From the human T2T-CHM13v2.0 reference genome, Homo sapiens: 64,000 bases of DNA. Location of the stretch: NCBI RefSeq assembly GCF_009914755.1, contig NC_060946.1; one strand, 5' to 3'. The notes beneath the pieces were generated by a model. The model saw only the letters and a list, made by a program, of their open reading frames with translations, did not search any database and was not told the DNA's origin. Of the stretch, positions 1-14,241 are shown in pieces (position 1 is the first letter of the stretch; each line of letters opens with the position of its first letter). Made by a program: the position numbers and the translations under genes.

Positions 1-2160
1 ATATTAGGGTTATACTAGCTTCACAAAAAGAGTTTAGAATAGTTCTTTCTTCTTTAACTTTTTAGGAATGTTTGAGAAATATTGGCATTAATTCTTCCTT
101 AAATGTTGGCAGAATTCTCTAGTAAAGTCATCTGCACCTGAGATTTTCTTTCTTGGAAGATTTTTGAGTACTAATTTAAACAGCTTACTAGCTATAGATT
201 TGTTCATATTTTGTATTTCTTTTTGATTCAGTGTTGTTTGTTGTATATTTCTAGTAATTTGATTTTTTTCTAGGTTATCCAATTATTACCATAATCATTC
301 ACAGCAGTCTCTAATAATCTTTTTTATTTCTGTGGCATCAATTACAATGTCTACTTTTTCATTTTTAATTTTATTTGGTTGAGTCTTTTCTCTTTTTAAT
401 TGCCATATTCCATTGTATAGTAATACCACAGTTTTTTTTTAATCTATTCACTTGCATTGGTTCTTTCTGGTTATAATGAAAATATGTGTGTGAAAATATC
501 CTTTATTTGCTTAATCTTTATTATTTCCTTCCTTTTGCTGGGTTTGGGCTTGGTTCTTTTTTTTAGTTCCTTGAGTTGTAAAGTTAGGTTGTTTATTTGA
601 GATCTTTCTTCTTTTTTAAGGTAGGCATTTATTGCTATAAATTTCCCTCTTTAGTACTGCCTTTGCTGCATTTCTAAGTTTTGCTATGTTGTGTTTTTTT
701 ATTTTTTTGTCAGCTTGTTTTCTAATATTCTTTTTGATTTCTTCTTTGACTCATTGGTTGTTCAATAGTATGTTGTTTAATTTCCATATATTTGTAAATG
801 TTTCCGTTTTCCTTCTACTATTGAATTTTTGCTTCATCCTACTTTTGGTCAAAACAGGTTCTTGATTTTCTTTGTCTTAATTTTGTTAAGACTCGCTTTG
901 TGACCTAACATTTGATCTATCCTGGAGAATTTGTCAGGATATGTCACTTTGCCAGATAATTTATATACCTCCATTTTTGAAGGGTTGATATTTGGAAACT
1001 TATTTTCTTCCTTTTATTAGGCCATGTTTCCCTGTTTCCTTGTGTGCCTTTTAATTTTGTGTTGTGATTCTAGGATTTGAAAAAAATAACCACTTCTCCT
1101 TGTCTTTACAGACTGGTTTTGCACTGGGAAATCCTTTCACCAGTCAGCCCAGTTAGAGATTCTGAAGTGTGTCAAATCTTTCTGTGAATGTATTGTCTCT
1201 GAAATTGTGTGTAAATTCTGAGAAAAATTTGCAGGTCTTTCTTCAGGAGCATGTAATCTCTTGCTCTCTTTGTTATCTATCTGTAGTACTGTAGGTTATC
1301 TGGAGTTGCTATAACCCCCTAGCTCTCTTTTGTTCTCAGCAGTCCTCAGACATGAAGAGTATCCGGTCAGACAGAAAACAGTCCGTCAGGCTGACTGGGA
1401 AAAGTTGAAATTCTGGATGCACACTCCAGCTTTTTCCTTCTCCAAGGGGAAGCCAGGAGATGAGGGTTTTATCCCACTCATTGCATATTGATCCAGGGAA
1501 GGATGATATGATAAGTGAATGTATGCTAACCCAAACTTCCTCAACTCATTTATTCTTAATATCCCCAACCTGGAAAGCTTTCCTATTAACGCTTAAATTC
1601 AGGCAAGACAGAAAACAATCACTTGGCAACTCCCCCAAAATCTGAACACTGAATGTGTGTTGCAGTATTCTCTTTCACTTCTGTGGGGGAATCAGGAACT
1701 GTAGAGTATTCTCCCAATCTTGTTATACTGAGTCACAGGAGGAATGATGGTGATTGAGTGACAGTCCAAACTGTGGCTTTATCAGCAGGCATGCAATTTG
1801 GCACCCTTTCCTGTTAGCACTTAGATTCAGGGTAGATAGGTGCTAGTGCCCTCCCAAAAAGTCAAAATGTTGGACATATGTTCTAGACTTTTCTTTCTCT
1901 CCCTAGAGATGAGCTGGGAGTTTGGAGCTTTCTCTCCATTGCGTTGTACTGCTGAAGGAGGATGAGTGAGTGCAACAAATTTACCTGCTGGTTTTGATGT
2001 GCCTGGCTTGAAGCCTACCAGGGAATCCAGAGTCTTTAAATTCGCCTCTGAACTTTTCACAAAGGGGATTTATCTGTGTATTATCGTCTAGCTGGTGTCT
2101 CCTTGGAGAGGAGGGTGGAGTGGCTTTGAGGCTTTCTATTTCATCATCTTGCTGGTATCC
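1..2160 (-). mobile_element. Old LINE-1 fragment (ORF2 remnant plus 5'/ORF1-side sequence), antisense
   Basis: ORF 88..282(-) reads NLEK..LNQKEIQNMNKSI..LPRKKISGADDFTREF, a degenerate match to L1 ORF2 (LNQEEVESLNRPI..LPTKKSPGPDGFTAEF). T-rich + strand. Boundaries approximate. Confidence 0.8.
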
Positions 2161-2329
2161 TGATGGGAATTTTAAACTGGGCTCCTTTCCCCACATTGTT
2201 GGAGAATGGATCCTGGGTGATTATAGGTACTCATGAAATACTGGATAAATTATTATTTATCATTTACTTACAAAAACTTAAAATTTTTATTATGGGAAAT
2301 AAGTTTTTAATCACTATTAAAGTTTGTTT

Positions 2330-2625
2330 GAAGCACTAATTCATTACTGTGAAAAGTGGGGAGGGGTATAAACGTCAAGCATTTGTCTACTTATCTTGTT
2401 TTTCCTGTCCAAACTGTGTTTTGGTGTAATCAATACACATTTGGGAGGAAATGTTCTTTTAGAAATTATTCCAGCTAATAAATGAAGAAAAAAATGAAAG
2501 AATGTAGTACCCTGTTATAACACTTAGTAAAATAATGGTTGAAACAAGTTTTCTAATGAATGCTAAAGCTATTAGTTGAAAAGTTGATGCAAAACTTTAC
2601 TGTGGAAGAATGTAGCTGACATTAA
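2330..2625 (+). mobile_element. Old L1 (L1MC/L1ME-type) 3' fragment
   Basis: Motifs TATTCCAGCTAATAAATGAAG and GAAAAGTTGATG resemble old L1M 3' UTR consensus. Confidence 0.45.
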
Positions 2626-3111
2626 TTTCTTATCTGAATTACATTTTTTGAAACTTCATGACTCTTTGAATTTAAAAGGGATTTTGGTGTCATTATTTTT
2701 TCTTTTACAGTCTCTTTTTTCACATAAAAATCAACTATTAACTGATTGGTTTTATGGTCTTTTGGAAAGAGACTATATAAATTCTGCTTTTTGTATGAAG
2801 ATCTCTTTTACACCGTCAGAGGAAATTTTATCTCTTGTAAGCTCTGATTTCATCTTTCAATTTTATTTTGAATTTCTTTCTTTGTCTTTTGTTTTATCAG
2901 CACCTTGTTTAATTTAAAATAGATTCAGTGTCAACAAGGAGTTAAATCAGGAAACTAATTTATCCAGAAATGCAAATATTTTTGCAGATATTTTATCCTT
3001 TGTTTTAGATCTTTAATATGTAATTTCTAAAAATGAAATATGGACAGTTTGCTTGATTTCTGAGCATAGTCATTGAATAATTTTACCAAAATAAGCAAAC
3101 ATTTTTCGAGC

Positions 3112-3409
3112 TTTTCTTTTTCCTTGAGACTGAGTCTTGCTCTATCACCCAGGTTGGAGTGGGGTGGTGTGATCTTGGCACACTGCAAACTCTGCCTTCC
3201 AAGTTCAAGCAATTCTTCTGCCTCAGCCTCCTGATTAGCTGAGATTACAGTTGCCCACCGCCACACCCAGCTAATTTTTTTTTTTTATTATTAGAGACGG
3301 GGTTTCATCGTGTTGGCCAGGCTAGTCTCCAACTCCTGACCTCAAGTGATCCGCCCACTTCGACCTCCCAAAGTGCTGGGATTACAGGCATAAGCCACCA
3401 CGCCCGGCC
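3112..3409 (-). mobile_element. Alu (AluS-like), full length
   Basis: T-tract, GAGACTGAGTCTTGCTCT...CCCAAAGTGCTGGGATTACAGGC..CGCCCGGCC. Confidence 0.95.
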
Positions 3410-3670
3410 TGGAGCATTTTGATATAATTAATTACTGATGAAACCTTTTAATATAATGTTAGACAGCCCATTTAAAAATAATCCAGTATAATTATTATAT
3501 TCTTTATATGACTACATTTCACAGTGAAATAACTTAGCACTCTGTATTTATAATGCTTTGAAAATACATATTAGTTGCTAATTTTCTATTCCAAACAGAA
3601 ATTATAGGACACCTTATTATATAAACACAAGAATTCAATATCAATTTTCACACTTTAAAACAATAGTCTT

Positions 3671-3964
3671 GGCCCTGTGCGGTGGCTTGCGCCTGTATTC
3701 CCAGCACTTTGGGAAGTCGAGGCAGGTGGATCACGAGGTCAGAAGATTGAGACCATCCTGGCTAACAAGGTGAAACCCCGTCTCTAATAAAAATTTAAAA
3801 AAAAATAGCCTGGTGTGGTGGCGGGGGCCTGTAGTCCCGCTACTAGAGAGGCTGAGGCAGGAGAATGGCATGAAGCCAGGAGGCTGAGCTCGCAGTGAGC
3901 CGAGATGGCGCCACTGCACTCCAGCCTGGATGACACAGCAAGACTCCGTCTCAAAAAAAAAAAA
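3671..3964 (+). mobile_element. Alu (AluY-like), full length
   Basis: GGCC..GCGGTGGCT, GATCACGAGGTCAG, GAGACCATCCTGGCTAAC, GAGAATGGC and an A tail. Confidence 0.95.
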
Positions 3965-5142
3965 CTTTTCAATTTTTAAAGTTTTTCTCAAACTACCCAT
4001 CAGAGAAGTTTAACATCTCCATTTACATTTCTATGATGTTATACAGAAATATTTTATTTCTCTCCCCAGAATAATATAGGCAAAATCTCTCCCTCTGACT
4101 ATACACACCTGGTATTGTTATTTTAATTGTTTAAGGATTTCTATCTCTTCCTATTCTGAATGATTACTCTCTTTTTGAGCTTTCTTGCAGTAACCGTTTT
4201 AAATAGTCTCTAGACAACTTTCTAGATTCTAGGATCCACATTAATCTTCCTGCCGTTGCACTTTCTGTCTTCTCCAAGAGTCTAGCTTTTATGAGAACAA
4301 AATAGTCATATCTTCTTTAAAGAAGAGTTTCCAGTGTAAAGACTAAAAGTTTAAGTTAATTGTAAATGAAAGACTCCAGTTAGAGGAGAAAATATTTCAT
4401 TTTCAGATGACTGTTTCAGAACACAATTACTATATTGAAGACGACTCTCACTATAGCCACATTAATTACGTCTATTTCAATTTAAGGAGACACAGCAACA
4501 AATCTTACCTCTCTGAAAAGAAATCAAATCTGAAACATGGTGGACAAGTATGAGTCCTGACCAAGAGATTTTCTTGGAAGACATAGATTGACTTGTAGCA
4601 AATGTTATCAGAAGTAGTAAAATCTTACACTTTATTTTTATAGAAAACAGACAATAAAAATCTTTCTAAATTAATGCATAGGTACTTTTGTAAAAATAAC
4701 GTAAAAATATCTGATTAACTTAGATACATAAGTTCTTTAAGTTCCAAAATAAAGAATGAGAGAAGTTTATAGTTTGTCTGACTTGTATTCTTTTTGATCC
4801 ATAATTAATTCCATAGATAGAATAATTTATAATGTAACTTTAATCATTACAACCTTTGATCAAAAATATACATATATTCTTAATTTTTCTTCTCATATTT
4901 ACTTAAATTATTTTTCATTGCTTTAATATTTCTTTATTCACTTGTCCCACAATAGTTCACTAAGTTTGGTATTTCTTGGTTTTGTAAAAAATTTCCCAAT
5001 TCAGCTCCTGAGCACAATTAGTACTCTTCTCTCCTCTTTGTATTCTTTTTAGGTCCAACCCCATGGCTTTCCTTTTGTACTCTCTAGGCCAAGAATGTTC
5101 TTTCTTCTTCCTACCATTTAACCGTTATTCATTTCTCATGGC

Positions 5143-5514
5143 TGTATTAGTCTGCTTTCACACTGTCATAAAAGACTTTCCTGAGACTGGGTAATTTATA
5201 AAGGAAAAAAGGCTTAATTGACTCACAGTTCTGCATGCTGGAGAGGCCTCAGGAAACTTACCATGATGGTGGGAGGAGAAGCAGACACATCTTCTATGGT
5301 GGCAGGCAAGGGAGAAAGTAAGCATGTGAAGGAGGAACTGTCAAACACTTATAAACCCATCAGATCTCTTGAGAACTTAACTCATTATCATGAGAACAGC
5401 ATGGGGGAAGCTGCTGCCATGATCCAATCACCTCCCACCAGGTTCCTTCCTTTATATGTGGGGATTACAATTGAAGATGAGATTTGGGTGGGGACACAGA
5501 GCCAAACCATATCA
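5143..5514 (-). mobile_element. MaLR solo LTR (THE1/MST family)
   Basis: TGTATTAGTC...GAGACTGGGTAATTTATAAAG...GGGGACACAGAGCCAAACCATATCA. Perfect 5-bp TSD ATGGC at 5138-5142 and 5515-5519. Confidence 0.92.
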
Positions 5515-6982
5515 ATGGCCAAAATAATATATATTTTTCTTTTCTCATCTATTCCTGACTATGTCCTTTCTGAATTTCTTCCATACTTTCAACCTGACCC
5601 ACAAAAGGCAGAGCTTACTCATATTTCTTATCCTGTTATTTAAAAATTAATTTTGCTTGAGTTTGAGAATAATGGTCAATAGGCAGGGGACAAGCAGGCC
5701 ATCAACAGCATCCTTTATTTTGGCAGAAATTATTCTGAATCAAACTTACCTTGTCATGGGTATAATTACATGATCTCAAAAAGAATTAAAAATCTCTATC
5801 ACTTGAACCACAGTTTCCCTTAGCATATTTAATATACTTCATTTTTGTCAGCTAACAAATGTTAGCTAATATTTTTACCATCAAGAAGAATATCCTTTGG
5901 CAAAAGTATCTCTGTTTCCTTAGTACATATTGAGAGAGTTGTACCCCATGGCCTCCCAACTTGCTCAGGAATGGAGAAGCTAGGGTATCCAGATAGGTAA
6001 TCTTCTGTTATGATACTTATATGCTGACTGTACACGGTGTCAAATCTGGGTCTTGACCTAGCAGGCACACATTAACACAACATGAAGGAAGGAAAAAGTC
6101 ATTTATGAAACTACAATGGCTGCAGTAGTTATTTGGTAGTCCTCTTTTTAAAAATTTCCTTTTAAGTGAAATGAAAGTTTATAAGTGATCATACTGTAAA
6201 TGATATGACATTTTATAATGTTTTATTACAAAAACTCAAACACTCCGGGAGTGAATTAAATGTAAATTGAAATCTTCCTCTCTCTACAATTCCACTTGCC
6301 TCATGATTTCCTCTATTCCTTAGAAATCCACCGACAACAATTTAATTAGAACTCAAATACTCTCACTCATAAAACGCATATGTGTACTTTTTTAAAAGTG
6401 AGATTATGCTAATTATGATTTGTAGTGAACTGATATTTCATTTGAAAATACATTGGATATCTTGCCGTCATTTAAAATGACTGTAAAATGTTAATTTTTA
6501 CCAGTATTTTTATAAAACATATCTATTGAAAATTCAAGTCTTTACCATCTTTGCATTTTTTTTAAACTTGTATAATGAACAGCTTTGCAAATATTAGTTA
6601 GCACACTGTTTCAACTATTTAATAGAGATCTAATCTGAGGAGTTCAGAATTTTCAACTCTCTCAGGACCATTCCTTTGGAGTGATTTTGGAAATGTAGGT
6701 TATTTTTGGTTGTATCGATGATGGAGACATGATGAGCACTTACAAGTAAAGGGTAGAGATCACATGCAGCATGCATTGGGCCAAACAGTGCATTGAGACA
6801 AACAGTCCTGTATAAGGAAGAATTGCTTCTTATGAAGGCCCAATAGTACCTCTTGGAGAAACATGGCAACATGAAGTATTTCACTGTCTACTTTAAGAAA
6901 TATTGCACTGTTTGTGCATTTTACAATAAATATCTATTGATCTTATAATCTGCAAAATTATAATATACTATTATTTAAAGTT

Positions 6983-7316
6983 CTTTTTTGTTTTGTTTTG
7001 TTTTTGTTTGTTTGTTTGTTTTTTTGAGACAGAGTGTTGCTCTGTCACCCAGGCTGGAGTGCAGTGGCACAATCTTGGCTCAATACAACCTCCACCTCCC
7101 GGGTTTGAGTGATTTCTTGTGCCTCAGTTTCACAAGTAGCTGAGACTACAGGCACATGCCACCATGCCCGGCTAATTGTTGTATTTTTGTGTTTTTAGTA
7201 GAGAAGGGGTTTCACCATATCGGCCAGGCTGGCCATGAACCCCTGTCCTCAAGTGATCCACACACTTTGACCTCCCAAAGTGCTGGGATTACAGGTGTGA
7301 GCTACCATGCCTGGCC
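6983..7316 (-). mobile_element. Alu (AluJ/S-like)
   Basis: (TTTG)n tail, GAGACAGAGTGTTGCTCTGTCACCCAGGCTGGAGTGCAGTGG...CCTGGCC. Confidence 0.95.
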
Positions 7317-7359
7317 TATTATTCTAAGGATTTAATCTTCTCCCATCCCAACAGCAATG

Positions 7360-9810
7360 GAATTTTTCAATAAATCCAAAAAATTATTTCTTTGAAAGGA
7401 CAAACAAATTAGATGACAAAAAAGAGAGAGCCTATTAAAATATAACAAGAAAAATGGAAAACTGGATAACTGAAAATTTCAAAAGAATGTAATATGTACC
7501 TTTTGGTCATTATATTTGAAAATATATATGAAGAGGTTAATTTTTTAGGGAAAATTTAACTATAAAAATAAATCTAGAGAAATGAGATCATTTGAAGATA
7601 CCAACAATAGAAAAAAATGAAACCGGTGTAAAGTTATAGCACCTTTAAAAGCTCAAGGCCCAGCTGTGTCTCAAGCAGGTCCTCTTAAACTTAATGGAAA
7701 AGTTAATTCCTGCATTCTTCAAACTATTCTTTTGGTTAATGGGAGCAAAGGAAGCATATCTCTCCCTCCATTTATTTCTTAAAACAACTGAAAACCAAAA
7801 GAAAAATCAATATACAAAGAAAAAAAAACTCCACCAACTTTGTTAAAAATAAACACCATTAAAATTATAAACCAAACTTTGAAGACTAGTTGTTAGTGCC
7901 ATTACAATTTAGCCTTTCTTCAAAAAATGATGAGAGTAGATGCAGGCACCTGAGCAACTATGGCATGTTAAACACATAGAGAGACTTATTTTCCCACCTG
8001 AAACTATAACATGATGACAAATGGCTTATTCAAGTGATATAAAAAGAAAACAGCAACATTTTTGAAAATAGGAAGTCCATAAATGGCTGGTAACTGACTT
8101 AGCTTACCAAAAAGTGTAAAATTGTAAGTAGCGGGGAAATCTGATTCTACAAAATGTTCATAAATTGGTTGCACGGGATACCTCTGAAAGTAGAAGTAAA
8201 GGTAGGGCTAAAACCCAGGAAGATTGGTTGAAAGACTGTTTCCAATGTCCACTCCATCAAGCTGCATGAATGCCTCTAGGTTCTGCTGGTGGAAAAGTAG
8301 ACATTTGCTGTCTAGAGAGGTAACAAGGAATCTTAGTACTGGCAATATCATCTTCAATGGTGATACATAAATTAGGGGTGCAAAATGAACAGTAACTACT
8401 GAAAGCTAGATCTCCCCAATTTTCACCTCTATCTAGATTCAAAACATAACAGTCTATTAGTCTTATATCCTCAGAGAAGACTGGAAGACTCTAGTTGGAA
8501 GATCATGATCAGCCCAAAGGAATAGACCAGTGGATATGTCATGAGGAGCTTTTCTGGGAAAACTTCTCGACCTGATTGCCCTGTCTGGAAGCCACAGTTG
8601 ACAATTATTACCTAAGAACCTGAAGCTTACCGTAAACATTTATTGTATTGCTCTTGAACGCAAACAGATAACAAACAATCATGAGATTCTAGGTACAGCC
8701 AATAACAAACACAGAAACAAAAAATAAACAAAACAACTGAAAGTAAACAGAGCCTATACAGTGTGGGAAAAAAGTAATTATTAATTTCCTCAGAGAGGGA
8801 AGATAAGATAATACAACAAGAACAAGGTGTGATATAAAATGGATATTCAAAAAAATAGAATTCTTAAAAATTAAGAAATTTATTGCAGAAATATATAACT
8901 TAATGGGAGATTTGGAAGGTAAAGCTGACTGCATCTGCAGAAAAGTTAGTGTAAACAGAGTTGGGAATGAGAAAGGGAAAGTTTAATGAATTAAATAATT
9001 GGTCCTATAGGGCCAGCAACAAAATACAGGCATTTGGGAAAAGAAAAAAGTACAATGAAGTATGATATATGTAAATAATTTTTTGAAATGGGTAAGAGTT
9101 AAAGTGTATGAATTTCAGATTGAATGTATCCACCAGAATTCAAGCCAGTGGTGAAAATAGACCTAGACCAATGCACACACACACACACACACACACACCA
9201 GCACACTCAGGAAAAAAAAAAAAAAAAAAGAAGACACTTAAAATTTCCAGAGAAGAGAAATATAAATGGTCACTAGAAAACAAGCAAAGCCTTATAAATT
9301 GAAAAACAAATTATTTCTAATGCAGAATAGTATCTCCAACCAAACTAAATCAGATAGGAGGAAACAATAATAAGCATTTACAGCATGGCAAGATTCTAAA
9401 ACTCTACATCCAATACATCCTATCTCAGGAATTTACTGGAGAAGAGTTTCACTAAAATGAGGAAGTAAATGAAGAAAGAGTAGGGTATAAAGTACAGGTA
9501 ATCTCCTGATTATTAGATGTACAGTATGTGTACACAGCAACCTGTGTAAATTAGAGCTATTTAGAAAAAAATTTTCAAAAAGATAAATCTGATAAAATGT
9601 CTAATGCTTCTGAATGCATTATGAGACTCATTAGAAAACTGGAGTAGAGTTTGGAATTGGTACTTTGATACATACATAGAAAAATGAAAAAAACAAAAAT
9701 TTTAAAAAATTGTCAGTTTAACGGAAAAAAATGTTGTGTAGACATGAAATTCAATCATTTATGCTCCATGTTTCAGGTGTGAGTAACATTTACCTAATTA
9801 TAACAGTACT
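7360..9810 (+). mobile_element. Highly degenerate old L1 fragments
   Basis: A-rich + strand with L1 ORF2/ORF1-like phrases (TTTGAAAGGACAAACAAATTAGA, CTCAAGGCCCAG, TTCAGATTGAA..CACCAGA). Includes (CA)n and poly(A) at 9174-9229. Confidence 0.5.
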
Positions 9811-9812
9811 AG

Positions 9813-10060
9813 TGTTACTGGAAAAAGAGGTCCGATCCACACTTCAAGAGAGGGTTTTTGGGCCTCACACAGGAAAGAATTCAAGGTGAGTCACAGAGTA
9901 AAATGAGAAGAAGACATAGTTTATTGAAAGCTACTGCCTTTTAGAGTAGGGCGTCCTCAGAAAGCAAGCAAAGGAATGCACCCTCTTTGTTTTCAGTTTT
10001 TCTGTTATAGGAGTTTTGTCTATGTAAAGACTACATTGAATTGTCTATGTAAAGACTAAA
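9813..10060 (-). mobile_element. ERV1 LTR fragment (MER4 group)
   Basis: TGTTACTGGAAA..GGTCCGATCCA..CAAGAGAGGGTT..GAAAGAATTCAAGGTGAGTC matches the MER4-type LTR 3' end in reverse. Confidence 0.7.
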
Positions 10061-11353
10061 TTGGAAACAAAATAACAAGAAGAAGGAATTTATGCATAAT
10101 CTTCAAATCATGAGGAGTAAAATTCATACAGGACCTACCGCTTAAAGAGTTTCATAGTGGTTACCAGTAGTCATTTTGTGATGTTTATCGATGTGATTCT
10201 TGAATGTAAAAAGAACTACATATAAGATTTCATATTCTGAATTAATGTGCAGCATATTATGTTAAATTGTTAACCAATTTAAAAAATTTTTGAGTTTAAA
10301 TTAGAAATCTTGTTGTTCTATTTATAAATCTAGTACATTAAAAATTATTTTTAAGGGGGACTTTGATTAATGTTTGGTCCATTTACAACTTAGTTAATTA
10401 AACTCCCTTAAAGATTTTAAACTACATTTACAAATTTAATATGTTGAATTATCTTTATGAACATTTTAATTATCGGACTAACAAATAAAGCCTTCAGAGT
10501 ACTTAAACAACCCTTATAGAGCTAATAAATTAAACCCACAAAATCATGAATCTTAAATTATCTTCAATGTTAAACCACTACTGGCAACTCGGTAAAACCG
10601 CTTATAATTTCAACTAAAAAAAAACCCCAATATCTAAAATATTCTGTTACACATTGAAAATTGGAATGTAAAATGCTAATCTATATTTAAATACTAATAC
10701 AATTATAAATAAATATCACATCTCTAAAGTATAAATGTTATAGTTTTCATATACTTCATCATCTCTAAACTTTTTTTCAATGTTTTCCTGGGATAAAAAA
10801 AATCATAAAAACAATTACATTCTCTTAAGCAAATGAGGTTATCACCTCAGTGAGTTGTGGCAACTTTTTCAGGTTGTTTACCTATCAGAGATTTTGACTG
10901 GAAAATGAGATTTGGAGCTTCAGATACTCAGGGTAATTGTTTTTCCCTCATTAATATGGGAACAAATTCTAACATTGTAAAAGTTATGTTAATAGAGATT
11001 CCAAGCCCATGAACTCTAAGTGAAATGGCCATGCAATCCGTTTTCTAGATCCATGTTGCCTACATCTTTAGCCTGATTTTAATATCTAACCTCCCTACTC
11101 TGATTGTTTAGGTACTAGATTAAATTCAAAAATCTATTTACTGTATGATTCTTGACAGAGTTCTTTTTATATTCTTCATACCTGGTGAAGTCATAGCTTT
11201 TCTGGATATTTAAATGACATACACATGTATTATTTAATCTCATGTATATATCTGATTCTGTGGTCACATTTCCCAAGGCCAGATAAATGACTGTAGCCAG
11301 ACAGATGTAGGGCTAGGTGTAAAAGGAGATATTCCCACAGATTATATAGTTGC

Positions 11354-12123
11354 TGTGTAGAGAAAACACTCTATGTTTTTCCTCTAGTCTCACACCACAA
11401 AGATCAATCAGCAACACAGAAGACTTCTGTGACCAAATGTGTGCATTTTTTCCTCCATACCTACACCAAGGAGCAGACACCAGCTGAGTGTCCTCTAATT
11501 CAGTTCTGACACTACACTGTCTACCTGGAGATAGTGTCAGGTCTCACAGGTCAGTCCCCAAGACTGCCCACCCTCAACCTACCAGCCACAAGCCCAGGCC
11601 TCTGAACTTCTGACCTACTGGCTTCAAGTTGGGTTCTCATGACCCCCTCTTTGGGTTTGATTAATTTGTTGGAGTGGCTCACGGAACTCAGGGAAACACT
11701 TACATTTCATGGTGTATTATAAAGGATATTGCAAAGGACATAGATGAAGAGACATTTAGAGCAATGCATGGGGGAAGGGAGCAGAGCTTCCATGTCATCC
11801 CTGGGTGGGCCACCCTCCAGGAACATCCATGTGTTCAACTGCCCAGAAGATCACTGAACCCTGTCCTCCTGGATTTTCATGGAAGTTTCATGATATCAGC
11901 ATTCCTCCCTCCAGGGTATAGGGTGGGACTCTCTCCTGAGATCGTCTTAAGAGCCACAACCAGAAAGGCAGGAACATAAAAATGAAAAAAGGCCATGAGA
12001 AGGTGAGAAGCCTGCTCCTGAGACCTAACACAGCCAATATTATAACAAAAGATTGTAACAAGAGCTAGGGGAGTTATAAGCCAGGAACTGTGGATGAAAA
12101 CCAATATACATCATAACACCACA
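11354..12123 (-). mobile_element. MER21 solo LTR
   Basis: GACTTCTGTGACCAAATGTG, CTACCTGGAGATAGTGTCAG, GAACTCAGGGAAACACTTAC motifs. TG...CA ends with 5-bp TSD GTTGC (11349-11353, 12124-12128). Confidence 0.88.
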
Positions 12124-13375
12124 GTTGCTGAGAAAATATTCATGGAAAATAGACCTAAATTGATACTGCCTGTTGACATAATTTACTTTACTGATCTTTT
12201 CCTTCACCATTTTAATAAATAGCTCAGACAATAATGAGTCCAATTCAAAAATAATAATAGAAAAGACACCAGCACTGTGCCTGTGTAACATATATTTCAT
12301 GTTAGAGAAAAGCAACAAAGACAATATAATATTAAAAGACAGAAAAAAATTACATGCCACATTGACTATCATTGAATCACAAAGTGAATACAAATTTTTA
12401 ATGCATTGTTTCATTAAATCAAATTCCCCTTCCCGCACCAATACAACTCCTCTGATGTAAGTGACCTAAAAAGACATAAATAGGTTTTAAAGCAGATATA
12501 AGATAAATGCAATATATGTAGAGTGACTTTAGGGAAAGATAAAAGGAAAAATACCTTTTATCTGAGAAATATATATCACACTAGAAACAGCAAGAATGAA
12601 GAATAGATATTTTCAAAATTTACTCAAATAAATGGGTATAAGAAAAAAATCGAGCAAAACAAAATGGAAAAGAATAAATAGGTAACAAGGGTAGAACAAT
12701 ATTTATAGTTGTTTGAAGACAGACAAAGCTGACCTAACATGTTACCATGTATATTTTATCCAGTTTTCCAATTTTGTTTTTATTGCTGGAAAGTTAATTT
12801 GGTCAGAGTTATTTCACCATATTAGCAAGTATAATTTTCAAAACTCACACCCCTTACTTTTTGTATCTTATTTTTTATCCTTTTATTACATATTTTATAA
12901 TATTATATATTCTATACTGAATTATACAGTAAATAAAAAATAAAATATGAACACAACAATTTCATAGAAATGGTGAGTTTTTTTTTTAATTGAGGCAGAA
13001 GTTCATGACTTGAAAATAGAATGATGCAGTAAAGAAATAAACTCAAGAACTCATTTTATGGAAAACGTGAAAACAATTTGCAACATTAAAATAATTAATC
13101 AGAACCTCAATCCAGATTAAGAAGGAATAGAGAACAAATATTCAAATTGGAAGGCAATGAAAATATAATCACAGATATTGATCAAGTAATTAGATAAGAT
13201 CATTTTCTTAATTTTACACAAATATATTGGAAACCCTGGATTATATGATTTTTTCCATATGAAAATATAAGTGACCAAAATGACAAGAGTTATAAGATCT
13301 CAGTATCTTATTAATGGAGAAAAAGATGTTGAAGATATAAAATTCTGAACATTCTCCTCTCAACAAACAGACACC

Positions 13376-13569
13376 AACTCGTCATCTGGCATTAGGTATA
13401 TCTCCCAATGCTATCCTTCCCACCTACCCCCACCCCACAACAGAAAGTGCACCGGCATGGCACATGTATACATATGTAACTAACCTGCACATTGTGCACA
13501 TGTTCCCTAAAACTTAAAGTATAATAATAATAAATAAATAAATAAATAAAAACTTTTAAATAAAAAAAA
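13376..13569 (+). mobile_element. Young L1PA (L1PA2-like) 3' end with 5' inversion (twin priming); driver of the CFTR transduction
   Basis: 13376-13443 is antisense L1 3' UTR (AACTCGTCATCT.GCATTAGGTATATCTCCCAATGCTATCC). 13446-13525 is the sense L1 terminus (GCACC.GCATGGCACATGTATACATATGTAACTAACCTGCACATTGTGCACATG..CCCTAAAACTTAAAGTATAAT), followed by a (TAAA)n tail. Confidence 0.92.
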
Positions 13570-13972
13570 TGGGGACCATTTGCTTATGTGGTTATTAAGG
13601 TCAAATGTAAGTCATGATTTTCCTCGACCAGCTCTGAAAAAATGTCTGTTCTGGTTAAGACTGGGTAAAATGGATGATTTATTTATTCAATAAAGTTATT
13701 GAATGCTCGCCGTGTGCAAGATACAGTGTTGAATGTGGTGCGAGATATAAAGATGTGGAAGAAAAAGCCACTGAAAATAATATGAGGAAATAAAAAACTA
13801 GAGTAAATTATCAGTGGAATAATTTCTATTACACAAGACACTACACCCAAACATTCTCCTAATGCTCATGTAAGAATTTCTCCAAAAATACCTTCCAGCA
13901 CTACAAACTAGAAGACAAAAGAGACATGGATACCAAATTAAGTTCTTAATAGTGAAGAATAAAAGAGACTAC

Positions 13973-14241
<269 letters not shown>

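Noticed and set aside
5218-5643. 141-aa ORF, plus similar ORFs at 20877, 22861 and 32702
   Set aside because: Derived from MaLR LTR or Alu sequence.
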